64,000 nucleotides of DNA from Caecitellus pseudoparvulus (taxonomy: Eukaryota > Protista > Bigyra: Bicosoecida). A program made the position numbers and the translations under genes. The DNA is taken from contig CBFFRQ010000024.1 of the NCBI GenBank assembly GCA_965644315.1, positions 7,144 to 71,143 of the forward strand, in the 5' to 3' direction. The notes beneath the pieces were generated by a model. That model did not search any database, was not told where the DNA came from, and saw nothing but the letters and a program-made list of their open reading frames with translations. Of this stretch, positions 34,652-46,663 are shown piece after piece; the stretch's first letter is position 1, and the number at the start of each line of letters is the position of its first letter.

Positions 34652-36659
34652 TCACTTCCTCACGACGTGGTCAGCGAAGGGCTGACCGGGAGCGGAAGCC
34701 AGCGGCTGCGAGTGGTGCTCTGGCGACAGCTCCACGGCGCCACCCGAGACAGACGCAGGCTGGGCCTGCACGGGGTGGGCTGTCGCCACAGGGTTGGTGC
34801 CGGACAACGTGCTCTGTGCTGCCAGGGCCCGCGCCTTGACAGCTTCACGGGACTTGGCGCCGCCAGGGTGCCTGTTGGCATTGCACAGGCGCACGCCAGC
34901 GACGAGGATGAGGGCCAGGAAGACGCCTGCCGCGACGTGCACAGCCCAGAGGGAGGCAAAACCCTTGCCAACGAAGTCTTCGCACAGCGCCTTGATGACG
35001 GGGCGGTACACACGCCCACCCAGGGACTCGCAGCTGGCCAGCCGCACCAGGTCCACCGTCACGTTGCCCATCCCCCAGACACCCTCCTGCACGACGCCCA
35101 GGCGGCGGTTAATGTCGTCACGGGGTCCAGGTGGGAAACTGGCCGTCTGCGACTGCACGTCATCCTTCACGCTCTCCACGCTGCGAGACGCACTGAGGGC
35201 GTCGTTTTGGAAGCGCACGATGTCCTTGTAGAGCCCCTTCTCATTCGTACCGTTGACGCCTGGCTCGCAGAGCAGGTAGTACTCCAGTGTGTCCATGACT
35301 TCGCCACTCACTGCGTTGGTGGAGTTTGCGATGCTGACGATGCTGTGGGAAGGGCCGGGGTTCAGGCACATGTCGCTGAGGCCCGTGGACAGCACCATGA
35401 GGACGCCAGTGACAAGCCACAGCAGGAAAATGAGGAGGAAGTTGGGCACGACGCTGACCTTGTAGCAGCACGTGCAGAGGCCAATGGGGAGCAGAGTCAC
35501 AGCCATGAAAATGACAGACACCGCCAGCACCGAGGCATAGGCCATGCCCACCGTCACTGCATACGCATCCACTTGGGACTTGAAGTCGTCCAGTTGCCGG
35601 GTGATGTCGGAGCCAAAGGTGCCGACGATGGAGCTCGCAGACGAGAGGAGGTCGGACGTGTCCTGAGTCGTGTTTCCAGCGACCCACACGCGGTCTGCCA
35701 GGTCGTCCGTGCCGGGCTGGTTGACGCTCTTGACCTCGGCGCCCAGCGCAGAGATGTTGCCAGAAAGCTGCGCCACCGTGAAGGATGCGTCGTTCACAAT
35801 ATCCCCCAGGTCGTCCATGATGTCCACCACGCCACCGAAGCCGTCCACCATGCTGTTCACGCTCTGTCCGACAGCGCCCACACCGCCGTAAACCAGGCAG
35901 CACATGACGAAATAAATCACCTGCGCAGGGGGCAGCGCGTCGCTAGGAGTGTGGACAAGAGGGGGGGGTGGCAGTAGCCCTGCTATGCCCGGCGCGCACC
36001 ATGCACAGGATAAGGAATGCGAGGGTGTACTTGGACATGGTGGCTTCAGGGATGTGCGTTCCGCCGATGGTGAGGCCGGAGTCGCCGCCGCCCTTCTCAG
36101 CGTCGGGCATGCCGTCATCGTGCGCGTAGGCAGGCTGCGCGCTCAGCGCATCTGGCCGAACAGTCTTGCGCTTGGCAGGGCAGCAGCAGGCTTGGGTGCG
36201 GTCGCCACCGCAGCAATTGCAGCAGAGAGCCAGGGTGTACCTGCGTGGGCCGAGCGACAAGGAGCGTGCAACGGCGCGTCGGCTTTGGATGCAGAGGTCG
36301 CAAGGCCACGCACAGAAGCAGCAGCAGGAGGAGGAAGACCAACCCCACGATGGCACACCCAATGCCAAGGTTTGCGACGCCTTCTCCCCACGCCTGTGCC
36401 TCGCCGCCGGAGGTGAAGGAATGCACATCATCAGGGAACTCATTGCCGGCCTCCTCGCCACTGAACGTGCGCCGAACGGTGGACTCATGAAGGTACTGAG
36501 TTGGACAAAGCGTGAAGGGGTCATTGACAGGTGAAGGGGGGCGTGGAAAGGTTGCGGCTGGCGCCGGGTCTGCTTGCGGAAGTTGCAGGGAATGCCGCTC
36601 AGCCGAAGATGCACACCACGCACCAGCATGTTGGCCGAAGCCTCGAACTGGTCCGCCAT
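34652..36659 (-). CDS. Tweety-like multi-pass membrane protein (paralog B)
   Basis: MADQFEASANML / YLHE...GNEFP. Hallmarks SDMCLNP, LEYYLLC, SCESLG..VYRPVIKALC. Shares the C-terminal LC.A.RHPGG with paralog A. Confidence 0.75.
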
Positions 36660-37144
36660 GGTGATACCTTAGCTAGACAGTTTACTCGCACTGGCCCTCT
36701 GGGCAGGGAGCCAACCTGCGCACGCAGAAGAGAGGGAAACCTGCCGCTTGTCGAGTGAGAGCCGCCGAGCGACACCACACCACCTACACCAACTACGGGC
36801 AGCAGCACGCGGCAGCAGGAGTGCTGCAGGCGGCTGCGGGATGACAGAGGTACAGCAAAAGGGTGGGGTGAATTTTGCCTCGCCGGCTTAGTCTCTCCGC
36901 CGACCGAGGCGCCCTTTGCTTTGAGAGCTCCTCGCAACCACTGAATCGCAGCGAATAGCGTGGTGGCCAACCCCTCACGCCCCAGACGCGAGAGGGCGCC
37001 AGCGGCATGCCAGGGCACAGTAGAACTTGTGCCGCTGGCCATGGTAGGGACTTGAGTGCGGTGGGCGGCGCCCTGCGGCTTGGTTGCCTGACGAGGTGCA
37101 CGTTACCTGCCCTGCGCATGTCGGGGGGAATCCCACAACCAGCA

Positions 37145-37897
37145 TCACTGAGGCGCAGCCCACATGCGACTGGCAAGGAACTTAGCCCGTTCGGCATCCT
37201 CTGCAGTGGCTTGGGCCGGGCGCGAGCCAGCGTCATGATAGCGCAGCGCCTCTGCGGCGCCCAGCATTGGGAGCGGGGCCGTCACCACTGCTGCAGGCTG
37301 GCCGAAGATCTGAAAGGATCCCACGTCAATGTTGGTGCCAGTGGAGGTGGGGATGGGCTTGATGAAGAGCAGGCTCATGAAGCGCGCAGGGGGGCACGCC
37401 TGCACCAGGTGTGACTGCACAGATGTGGACCTCTTGGCCTGGAAGAAGAGGACGGGCGTGAGGGGGGACTGGGCGGCCTGCTTCAGGACATGTGCATCAT
37501 CCAGGGAAGATGTGTCCGAAAAGGCCTTGACGTCGTCAATGGTGGGCTTCACGCGGGACACGAGGACGAGCGTGTCGCCAGCCGCTGCCGTGTAGCCCGA
37601 GCCTGGCCCCTTGTACTCCAGCTTCGTGAGCTGGTGCAGCCCCTCGTCACCCAGCTTCAAGATCAAGACAGCGTTCTTCTTCTCTCCATTCTTCGTGCTC
37701 TGCGCGCACAGTGGGAAGGCAGGAGCGAGCCGTGCCGTCGGCGTGGTGGACAGCTACCCAAACCCCGCACGCACCCAAGCCTTGCCCCCCGCCTTCAGGA
37801 CGTTTCCCACGGGGTACTGAGAGCTGTACTCTCCTCCAGAGTAGTTCACGATGGACACCGGCAGCGTCTTTGACGAGGAGGCGTTGTCTGCAGCCAT
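37145..37897 (-). CDS. Hypothetical protein with a galactose-binding/discoidin-like beta-sandwich domain
   Basis: YSGGEYSSQYPVGNVLK...W / STKNG..NAVLILKLG..LTKLEYKGPGSGYTA...LVLVS resembles an uncharacterised eukaryotic jelly-roll domain. May continue past a donor near 37165. Confidence 0.45.
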
Positions 37898-38042
37898 GGT
37901 GGCGGCGTCAGCGCAGGTTTGCGCGTGGCACTGGCGCAGTGACTGGGCAGCCGTCCACAGTCGTGCACATGCAGGGCTGCACGGCAAAGTCAGGAGAGTG
38001 CATTATGTGTCCACCGTGCTTTTCGCGTGGCAAGCCCTTGCC

Positions 38043-40769
38043 TCAGGCAGGGGACATGGAGGGGCGCACAGGGGAGGTGAAGCCACCCTCCACCTGTGGC
38101 GTGGAGCTCATGCTCTGCTTGCCCTCTCCGGCCCACATGCCGCCAGGGCCGTCGTCCCCGCCGTCGCCGCCAGGCGTCGGCGTCAGCCAGCCTCGGCGGC
38201 GCTTGAGGTTCACGATGTCCTGCGCCAGCGCGTCGATCAGCGCCAGCTTCTCCGCCAGCAAGTCCTCCACGCCATCGGCGTACGCACGCAAGTGCCCCTC
38301 GCAGCTGGCGCCCTGTGACGCGTCAGAGCAAGCGGACACCATGGCCGCCGCCAGGCGCTGCTCCTGCTCCAGCAGGGCGCCCATGGCCTTGGCCTGCTCC
38401 ATGTGCCGGCGCACAGTGTCAGCCACCGCAGGCGGCAGTGCCTCCAGCGCCTGGGGTGGCAAGACGGGCGCACCGCTGCCTTGCCCCCCTGCTGACGTGG
38501 CGGCGGCTGACGCAGATGCAGAAGGCGCAGCGTCCTGGCTGGGCCTGGGTGCCTTGGCTTGGCGGTCCCTGGCCGAGCGGCTGCCGCGGCTACTGCCACT
38601 GCTGGCGCGAGCAGAGGAGCCCTTCCCGCCCGGCAGGCTGCTGCGCCGGCCAGACTTGGGCTTGGGCTTGCCCCCTGCTTTGCTGCGGCGTGAGGCAGCG
38701 TCGGAGGCGCCACTTCCCATGCTGGAGCGTCGGTGGCTGGAGCCGGTGGTGGGGCGTGCCTCTGATGCTCCCGCCATGCTGCGGCGGCGGGAGCCGTCGG
38801 AAGACGTCGCTGGGCGTGCGCTGGGCAGGTTGGAGGGCGCTGGCGTCGGTGCTGGAGCGGGTGCAGGTGGTGGGGCGGAGGCTGGAGCGGCCGAGGGCGC
38901 AGGGGTGGGCGCAGGTGCCCGCCGTCGCCCCGTGCGGCGTGGCTTGCGCCCTGCGACCAGCGCAGCCAGCTGTGCTGGGGTGAACGCGCCGTCCAGCTCA
39001 TGCGCATGCCCGTGCGGGGGCTGGTACCGGTCCGCGTGTGCCGGGTCTTCGCACTGAATCTCCTTGACACGGTAGGCGTACCTGAGCGTGTTCAGGGTGT
39101 GTTCGCAGTTGGACACGTTGGGGGAGATGGTGGCAATCATCACCGTGCGGCTGTTGCCCATGAAGCTGTCCTTGAGCACCTGCGTCAGCTTGGAGCCACG
39201 GAAGGGCAGGTGGGAGTGCTCCAGGTACAGGGACCGGATGCACTCCTTCAGCGCCAGCAGGCTCTTGTTGATTTCGGCGCCCTCCATGCGGGTTTTCTTG
39301 CTGCTGGCCCCCGTGTCGGCGCCGCGCTCGGAGCCCGCCAGGTCAATGAACGAGAAGCGCCCCACTTCCTCCCCTGACTCGTCCACGATGGCGCCGGGCC
39401 CTGGCAGGCGCCGCAGCACCAGCTGCAGCACAGCGTGGGAGCGGGACGAGTCCAGGTTGGCGGCTGTGCTGCCGACGGAGCGGTTGGCGTTGCCCTCTGC
39501 GATGGTGCGCATGCACTCGGCCACGTTGGCCACAGGCTGCTCAGACAGCCCGACGATGTTCACGACGCCACCAGCGTCCTCCAGTGCACGCAGCTCGGCG
39601 CGGCCGCCCAGCAGGTCGTGCAGCTTGCTGCCGTAGATCTCGTAGTACGACACCAGCACCTCCACATCCTGCAAGTTCCGCGCCTCAATGGTGGCGAAGA
39701 TGTCCTGGGCCGCCAGCATGTACACGCCGGGCGAGCCGCCTGCCTCGCCCCGCAAGCTCTTGGCGTCCCCCATCATCGTGTACGTCTTGCCGCTGCCTGT
39801 CTGGCCGTACGCGAAGCAGGTGCAGGCGGTGCCGCTGAACACTGACGACACAAGCGGGGCACAGGCCACCTTGTACAGGGACGCAGTGTCCACGGTCTGG
39901 TCGAAGGCATCGTCCACGGTGAAGCGGTGTGTCTCGCAAAACTTGGTCAGGTCCACCTTGAGCTTGGGCTCGTGCACCAGCAGCGTGCGTCGGGTGACGG
40001 TTTGGATGACGTCCAGCTCCGCGCCGCTGCCCTCCTTGCGCGTCAGGGGCCGCTTGCGCACCACAACTCGGATTTTCGTCCCATCGTCTTCCACTGACCC
40101 TGCGCCTGCCGGCGCAGCTGAGGCGGCGGCGGCTGCGGCGGAGGGAGGTGCACGCTTGGGCGCCTTGCGCTCAATCCCGTCACGATCAGTGCCACGGTGG
40201 GTGTGCTGGGACGCAAAAACGTCCCCTTGTGTGCTCTTCTGGGCCACGGCCGCCTGCAAGGGTGGCTGCGGCTTCCCGGGCTGATTCTCCGAAGCGCTTG
40301 GGCCAGTTGTTGGAGCAGCAGGGGCCGAAGCCTCTGGCGGACCCTCCCCCGGTTTCTGGGCAGCCTGCAAGCGAGGCATACAGTGTACATGTGCAGGGAA
40401 TTGTTGGCTGCTGCCGCGCAGTGGTGGCCGCGCAGCGCCGGCGCGCGCGCTGTCCAACGCCAAGGTGCAGTGCTGCACGCCTCACCTCCCGCACTCGGTG
40501 CACCAGCTCAAACAGGCGCCTGCGATCTGCGACTTGAGTGACCCCCACGGCATCATAGTCTTCGAATGTCAACCCCATGAGAGCCTGCAGGGCGGCGGCA
40601 CACGGGGGAGGGGGCTGCGCGGCACTGCTCTCAGCACGGCGTGGCGGCACGCCCGTTGACACACCTGGGGTGTCACAATGCCGTGAGCCTGGAAGGCGGG
40701 GATGCACTCCCCCAGCCCAATGCGCTGGAGCCACTTGAAGACTACTGGACTCGGCTCTGCGTTTGCCAT
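38043..40769 (-). CDS. Kinesin-13 (KIF24-like) with an N-terminal SAM domain
   Basis: SAM exons FKWLQRIGLGECIPAF...LMGLTFEDYDAVGV..VADRRRLFELV. Motor motifs KIRVVVRKRPL, KLKVDLTK (kinesin-13 KVD finger), AYGQTGSGKT, SSRSH, FIDLAGSER, KECIR, HLPFRGSKLTQVL. Confidence 0.94.
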
Positions 40770-41006
40770 GCTGTCTACTGCGCTGCTGCGTGCTGCTGGG
40801 TGCTGACCACCTGCTCCACACTGGCGCTGGTGAGCGTTGCCGCTGAGCCTGGTGGTGCTGCCGCGGTGCTGGCAGTGCGGGGTGAGAGGCGGCCTGGACC
40901 TGCCTGCCTCATGCTGGGCGGTGCCCCCTTCCCATGTTAGTGTGTGTGTGCGGTGGTGCCCTGTCGGAATGAGTTTGAGCCGCATGGTGCATTGTGCAGG
41001 CGCCCG

Positions 41007-42551
41007 CTAGTCTTTCTTGGCCTTGCCCTTGCCAGAGGGAGCTCCAGTGAACGCCACCCCAGGCTTGGTGAAGAGGAAGACGAGGGAAAAGACAAAGAAC
41101 CCTGCCATCATGCTGAAGACTGCCAGGTAGTACGGGAAGGCGGAGGGGATGTACCGTTCGTACTCATTGTGCCAGAAACGCCGCACGGTGACTTGGCGGT
41201 TTTCGGACACTGTGCTCAGGCCGTGCCGGCGGTACATGAGGCGGAACTTGAACACGCCATAGTTGTCTGGCGTCATGAACTCGGCCATGTACGTGCCGTT
41301 GCCGGTGTACTTGAGTGCCTGCCGGACGTGGGGATCAAGCATGACGAACTCCAGCTGCACATCATCGCGCACAAGCGGCTGCCACGAGTCACCCTCCCAC
41401 ACGTGCAGGTCAACAAAGTACTGCACGTCCTCCTTGATGCGGTACACGAGGGACTGCGGTGCTGCCTCGGGCTCTGGGTACATGGAGCGTGGCAGGGTGG
41501 ACTTGGACTTGTTGTGCAGCTGATGGGCAGGGGGCGACCCCGACGCGTGCTGGTGCCAAATATTGCTCGCGCGCAGGACGCCACGCGCCTGGAACGCCCA
41601 CTGTGCCGCGGCCAGCAGGGCGCGGCCGTTGGACACGGTGGTGCCGTCCACCTGCAGTGCTGCAGCGGCGTCCGACACAGCCCAGGTTGAGCCCACAAGG
41701 ATGACTCGCGAGTTGGTGCGGCCCTGGGCTGCCATCACCAGCACTGCGTCCTGCCCTGCAGTGGCTGGGCCCGAGTGCGCCTTGCCCAGGGGCTGGCTGA
41801 GCGCTGTGGCGCCGCCTGTGACGACAGGGAAGGCCAGGTAGTTGTCGGGGGACGTGCTCAGTGCGACGCCGTCAAAGACGAAGGGAGCGGTGGTGGCGTC
41901 GGAGCCGAGGACCCACTGCGTCGCAGAGGCATCGCCGTAGGCGGTCGTGGAGATGCGGGTGTGGTAGCCAGCATCGCCTGGCGCAGGGGTGACGTGGTCC
42001 ACCACACGGTGCCCGGCCGGGGCGACGGAGATGCCCAGCTCAGCGGCGAAGTTGCGGAAGGCGGTGGAGACGCTGGGGCCAGTGGTGGCAAAGACATTGC
42101 CGCCGTCGGCGATGAACTTCATCACCTGCTTGGTGCTGACACCCCACTCTGCGAGGGGGAAAAGGGGGAGGGCGGCAAGTGCAAGTGGTGCCTGCGAGGT
42201 GGCTCGAGCACACCAGCTGCCGTTCACGCACTCTTTGAGGAGGGGGCCAGCAGGACAATGTGGTCGTAGTGGTACTCGCCGTCGGTGAGCAGGGTCACGG
42301 CGCCATCCCCTGCGATGTGGAAGTCTGTCTCAAAGCCGGAGTCTGGGCAGGGGGCGGGAGGCGTGTGCGGCACGTGGCCAGCGATTTCCGCAGGGGCGGC
42401 AGCCCGCACCCTCGAGGCCAGAGAAGAATGTGGAGTGGCTGTGTGCCTGCTCGGCCTTGTCCAGGATGGCCAGCACTCGTGGCCCCTTCACACTGCGTGC
42501 AGCAACCACGGCAGCTGCCGCTGCAGCCAGCAGAGCCGTCAGCACCCGCAT
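41007..42551 (-). CDS. WBP1: Oligosaccharyltransferase 48-kDa subunit
   Basis: Signal peptide, HSHSTFFSGLE, GEYHYDHIVLLAP, FIADGGNV, QGRTNSRVILVGS, DDVQLEFVMLDPHVR, PDNYGVFKF, HNEYERYIPSAFPYY, a C-terminal TM and a dilysine tail (KAKKD). Three introns. Confidence 0.96.
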
Positions 42552-42926
42552 GCCAGCTGGTGGAGGCTGCCTGGCCCAGAGGGGAAATGCCGGCGTCCAG
42601 AAAGCCAGCCGGCAGGGTGGGCGGGGGTGAATTTGTGCAGTGAGCCAGGCGCTGGGGGTGCCAGCACTCTGCTCTGGGTTTGTCGATTCGATTTTGCCGT
42701 GCGAGGACGGAGCTTGTCCATGCAGCAAGTGCCGCAGTGCAGTCACCACGCACGGCGCAGTCTGTGCCGGAGCTCACAATGCAAGGCCCACTGAGACTGC
42801 CGAAGAATGGCTGTCGGTGCTACCTTGCTCAGTGCCGGCACTGCACAGGCTGCCCGTGGGGCGCAGTGAGACGGAGGAGGAGGACACAGCAGCGTGCGCC
42901 AGCGGCGTTTCGTTGCGCCGAGCAGC

Positions 42927-44756
42927 ATGGCCACTGCCCAGCTCAAGGCGCCATACACGTTCCCGACGGACTCCCTGTCCAAGCAGCACTTCAACTTTGA
43001 AAGTGCCATTCCCACGCCGGAGCAGGAGATCTGGGCCGTCAAGAAGCGCTCGTCAGAGGGCAGGCCCAAGAAGGACGTCGTGTGCCGCTTCTGGCTCAAT
43101 GGCCGCTGCATGAATGCCAGCCGCTGCGTCTTCCTGCACGTCGTGCGTTGCCTGCCGTGAAGCTCCCTGCATGCGCTGTACTCCTCACACGCACGCCTTC
43201 CCCCCCTGCTCTGCCAGTACGACGAAAGCCGCCTGCCAGAGTGCAAGCTGGCTGACCGGTGCACAGAGCCAGGCTGCCCCTTCGGACACGTGAAGGAGGC
43301 TGACAAGCCGGAGTGTGTGAACTACCGCCGGGGCTTCTGCGTGCAGGGGGCCATGTGTCGGTACCGCCACAGCAAGCTGAACGCGGAGGCCATGCCACTG
43401 CTGTCGGACCTGTACACGGGGGAGGGCACGACATGGAAGGAGATGCAAGCAGCTATGCAGGCAGCTAGCCGCGCCCACCACGTGGGGCACACGACAGGCA
43501 ACGCCTTGCAGGACCTGCAGGCGCGCTACGAGGCTGAGGGCGCCAGTCGGCAGCTGCCAGACCTGCACAGCCGCCCCTCGTACTTCCTCGTCAAGGCGTC
43601 CTCCCCCACCGCCTTGGCAGTGGGCATGAAGGGGGGCCATTGGCTGGTGAACGAGGCCCAGGCCAGCGCAGTGGCAGCAGGGCAGAAGGGCACCGGGCCT
43701 GCGACTGAGGAGGACAGCAAGCCCCCTGCCGTGTTCCTGTTCTTCTCCATCTGGGGCTCCAAGCACTTCCAGGCTGTGGCGGAGGTGACGGGTGCGGCCG
43801 GCGAGCCAGACGCCGAGTCAGGCTTGCGGCAGCTGCCCCTGACCTTCCACCGCACCTTCGCCCTGCCCCTCGTGGACACCCTGCGCCTGCCCAACTCGGC
43901 AGCAGGCAGGCACCCCCTGCCGTTCTTCCCGCACTGGGGCAAGGCCTCGCGAGAGGCGGGGCGTGCGCTCATGCTGCTCAGCTACGAAGCGCCGGAGGTG
44001 AGGGTGGACCTCGACAAAGCTCAGGGGCCTCTGCGCGTGGACCTGCCGTCGGGCATCACAGAGGACCTGGGGCTGCCTGTGCCGGGTCCGGGGCACGCCC
44101 CGCAACCTCCCGTGGCAGCCCAAGCAGCGGCGGCGGCGGCCAATGTGCCGCCCAGGCAGATGGCAGAGGCCATTGCCCGTGCCTTTTCAGCACAAGGCGT
44201 GTTCCTCTTCGAGAGCGGCTCGGAAGCTGTGCAGGAGGCGCTGCAGCGGGGGCTCGTGGGCGGCGCCCGGCGCCACACAGAGACCGCCAAGCGCCACATC
44301 CACCCCGGCGTGGGCATCCTCATCCTGGATGTGCAGCGGCGCCTGCTGGTGGGGCTGCTGCGGGCGACGTCTCCCCCTGGCCTGCATGCGCGGGGAGCGC
44401 TGGTGAGTCCCCAGACTGAGTGCCCTGACGGCGCTGATGTGCAGGTGAGGGTGGAGCCGGTGGCGCGGTGCCAGCCAGCGGCACCCCCCGTGTACCAGCA
44501 CCTCATCGGGCCACAGACACACACGGGGCTCCTGCCGCCACAAGTCGGCTTCGGTGTCGCCATGGAGTTGCTGCGGTCCCTGGATATGGCTGCACTCCGG
44601 CAGGCGTTTGAGGGGGTTGGCGGGGGGGGCATGGCCCCACCTGCTCCCCACCGAGGGGGGGGTGGGCCCCCGCCGGGCAGGGGCTTGCACGTGCAGCGCA
44701 GGCAAGGCAGGCGTGGGGGGCACCCGGGAGGGCGCCACCACGGCGGGCGGAGGTGA
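42927..44756 (+). CDS. CPSF4: CPSF30/CPSF4-like CCCH zinc-finger protein fused to a degenerate YTH domain and a DCD-like domain
   Basis: Three CCCH fingers: VVCRFWLNGRCMNASRCVFLH / YDESRLPEC...C...CPFGH / ECVNYRRGFCVQGAMCRYRH. YTH-like YFLVKAS...GHW...VFLFFSI.GSKHFQAVAEV. DCD-like GVFLF...EALQRGLVG...IHPGVGILILD...LLVGLLRATS...QVRV. One intron starts at 43143. Confidence 0.85.
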
Positions 44757-44930
44757 CGTGGGCTGTGTTTTCTGCGCCGCAAGCTGGCAGGGACGCTGGG
44801 CCAGCACACCGCATACCTCACAATGCACTGCATGCCACACAATCCCACTGGTCCACGTGCAGCCCAGGAAACGTTTTGGCTGCACAGTCCACCTTTGCAT
44901 GCTGCCAGCTCGCGGCTGGCTGCCCGCGCG

Positions 44931-46507
44931 ATGCCGAAGCGAGGCCGCGATGGTGCGGAAATTCGCCCAGGCGCCGCCGGATCAGGCGGCGGCAAGCCTG
45001 CCGCACTGACGCCAAGCGCCTTTCACACCCTGCCACTGCCCAAGCCATCGCACGCTGCGATTCAAAGCATTGTCATGCGCCTCATCTTCGGCGCAGAGCA
45101 AGCGTCCAAGCAGCACGGCAGGTGTGAGTGCCACTGCGTCGCAGCTGCAAATGCTTCCCAGCCCGCACGTCTGGCGCACGGGCCGAGACTATTACAGACC
45201 TCGGGCGCCAGCCGCGCCTGCCAGGCCCGCTCGCCATTGGCCTAGACAAGCAGGCCATTCACACGCACGTGCTGACGTCAGAGTACGAGCTGTGCGAAAA
45301 GTCTGACGGCGAACGGCGCATGCTGCTGGCGCTGCCGTCAGACCACGCGTCGGGGTGAGTGCCGCATGTGCGCCAAGCCCCATGCTTGACCCGGCAGCGT
45401 AGAACCATGCGCTTGTCGTATTGCAGGCTATCGGGTGTGTTCTTGCTGAATCGCAGCTTTGTCCCAGAACAGATCCCCCAGGCTGAGACATACAGGGAGA
45501 TGCTGGCGCCAGCGGGCAGTGGCCCCACGCTGCTGGATGGGGAGCTGCTCCTGCACACGCCACAGGAGCTGCAAGAGGAGTTGCGGTCAGGGCGAGCGGG
45601 GCGTGTCCTGAGCGGCATGGCTGGCGAGACGCCTGCTAGCCGGGCTGGTGCGGCCCCCATGGGCGCGACTTACCTCATGTTCGACGTCGTGACGCTGCGA
45701 GGGCGCGACGAAGGCGGCAAGGACTACAGGCAGCGCCAGTGTGCCCTGGGTCAGGCCCGTCTGTGGTACAAAGAGGCGGCACACGCCTTTACGAAAACGG
45801 GTGGGGCGGCGCTGCCGCTGCTGCTCATGTCCAAGACCTTCATGCCGCGGAGCAGGGTGAAGCACATCCTGCAGCACATCCAGAAGCTCACACTGACCTC
45901 CAGCAACCGGGCTGTGAAGGTGTACAGCGAGGGCAGTCGCTGCAACCTGAACGACGGCGTCGTGCTGACGCCGGTGGATGTGACGTACCGGCAACTGCTG
46001 CGACAGGCTGGCGCCGTCGCCACAGCGCCCCTGCTCAAGTGGAAGTGGCTGGATGACATCACCATTGACTTTGCCATCCGGGCGGCAGACTTCCCGGGGG
46101 TGCCAGTGCCAGGTCAGCCCCACCTCGTTCAACTTCCACTGCACCTGCACGTGAACGGCAGCCAGCACACCCGGGTGACTCAGGCGACGCTGCCTGCGGC
46201 ACAGGCCGCGCAGATGGAATCCAGCGCAGGGCAGAGCGACCCCCTCATCGTGGAGTGTGCCCATAGTGGCGGCACGTGGGTGGTTGTGCGGCGCCGGCCT
46301 GATAAGAACATCGCGAACCACACCAAGGTGGGCTGGCACAGCATGGAGCTGCTGGCGGAAGGCCTCAGCGACACCCGACTGGTGGAGCTACTTGGTGCTG
46401 GCAACAGGGCAGGGGCGGCACAGGGTCAGGCTGTGCCACCCACCACAGCGGCTGCAGCCGCGGCAGGGGCGCCTGTGCTTGGGAAGGGGGGTGCTGCACA
46501 CGGGTGA
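44931..46507 (+). CDS. mRNA-capping enzyme, guanylyltransferase domain only
   Basis: Nucleotidyltransferase motifs I (CEKSDGER), III (TLLDGEL), IIIa (YLMFD), IV (NDGVVL), V (LLKWK) and VI (RPDKNIAN), plus TIDF and IVEC of the OB fold. Two introns. Confidence 0.9.
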
Positions 46508-46663
46508 GCGGCGCAGGTGGACCCGCCCGGCACTTTCCACACGCCGACGCACCCTGCACGTGCACCAGGCACAATACAAGACTTGCACACCTTTCAGCAA
46601 GGAGCCATCACCAGTGTGCCTGCCCTGAGTGTGTACCAGTCCACAACACATCCACATCGAGCC

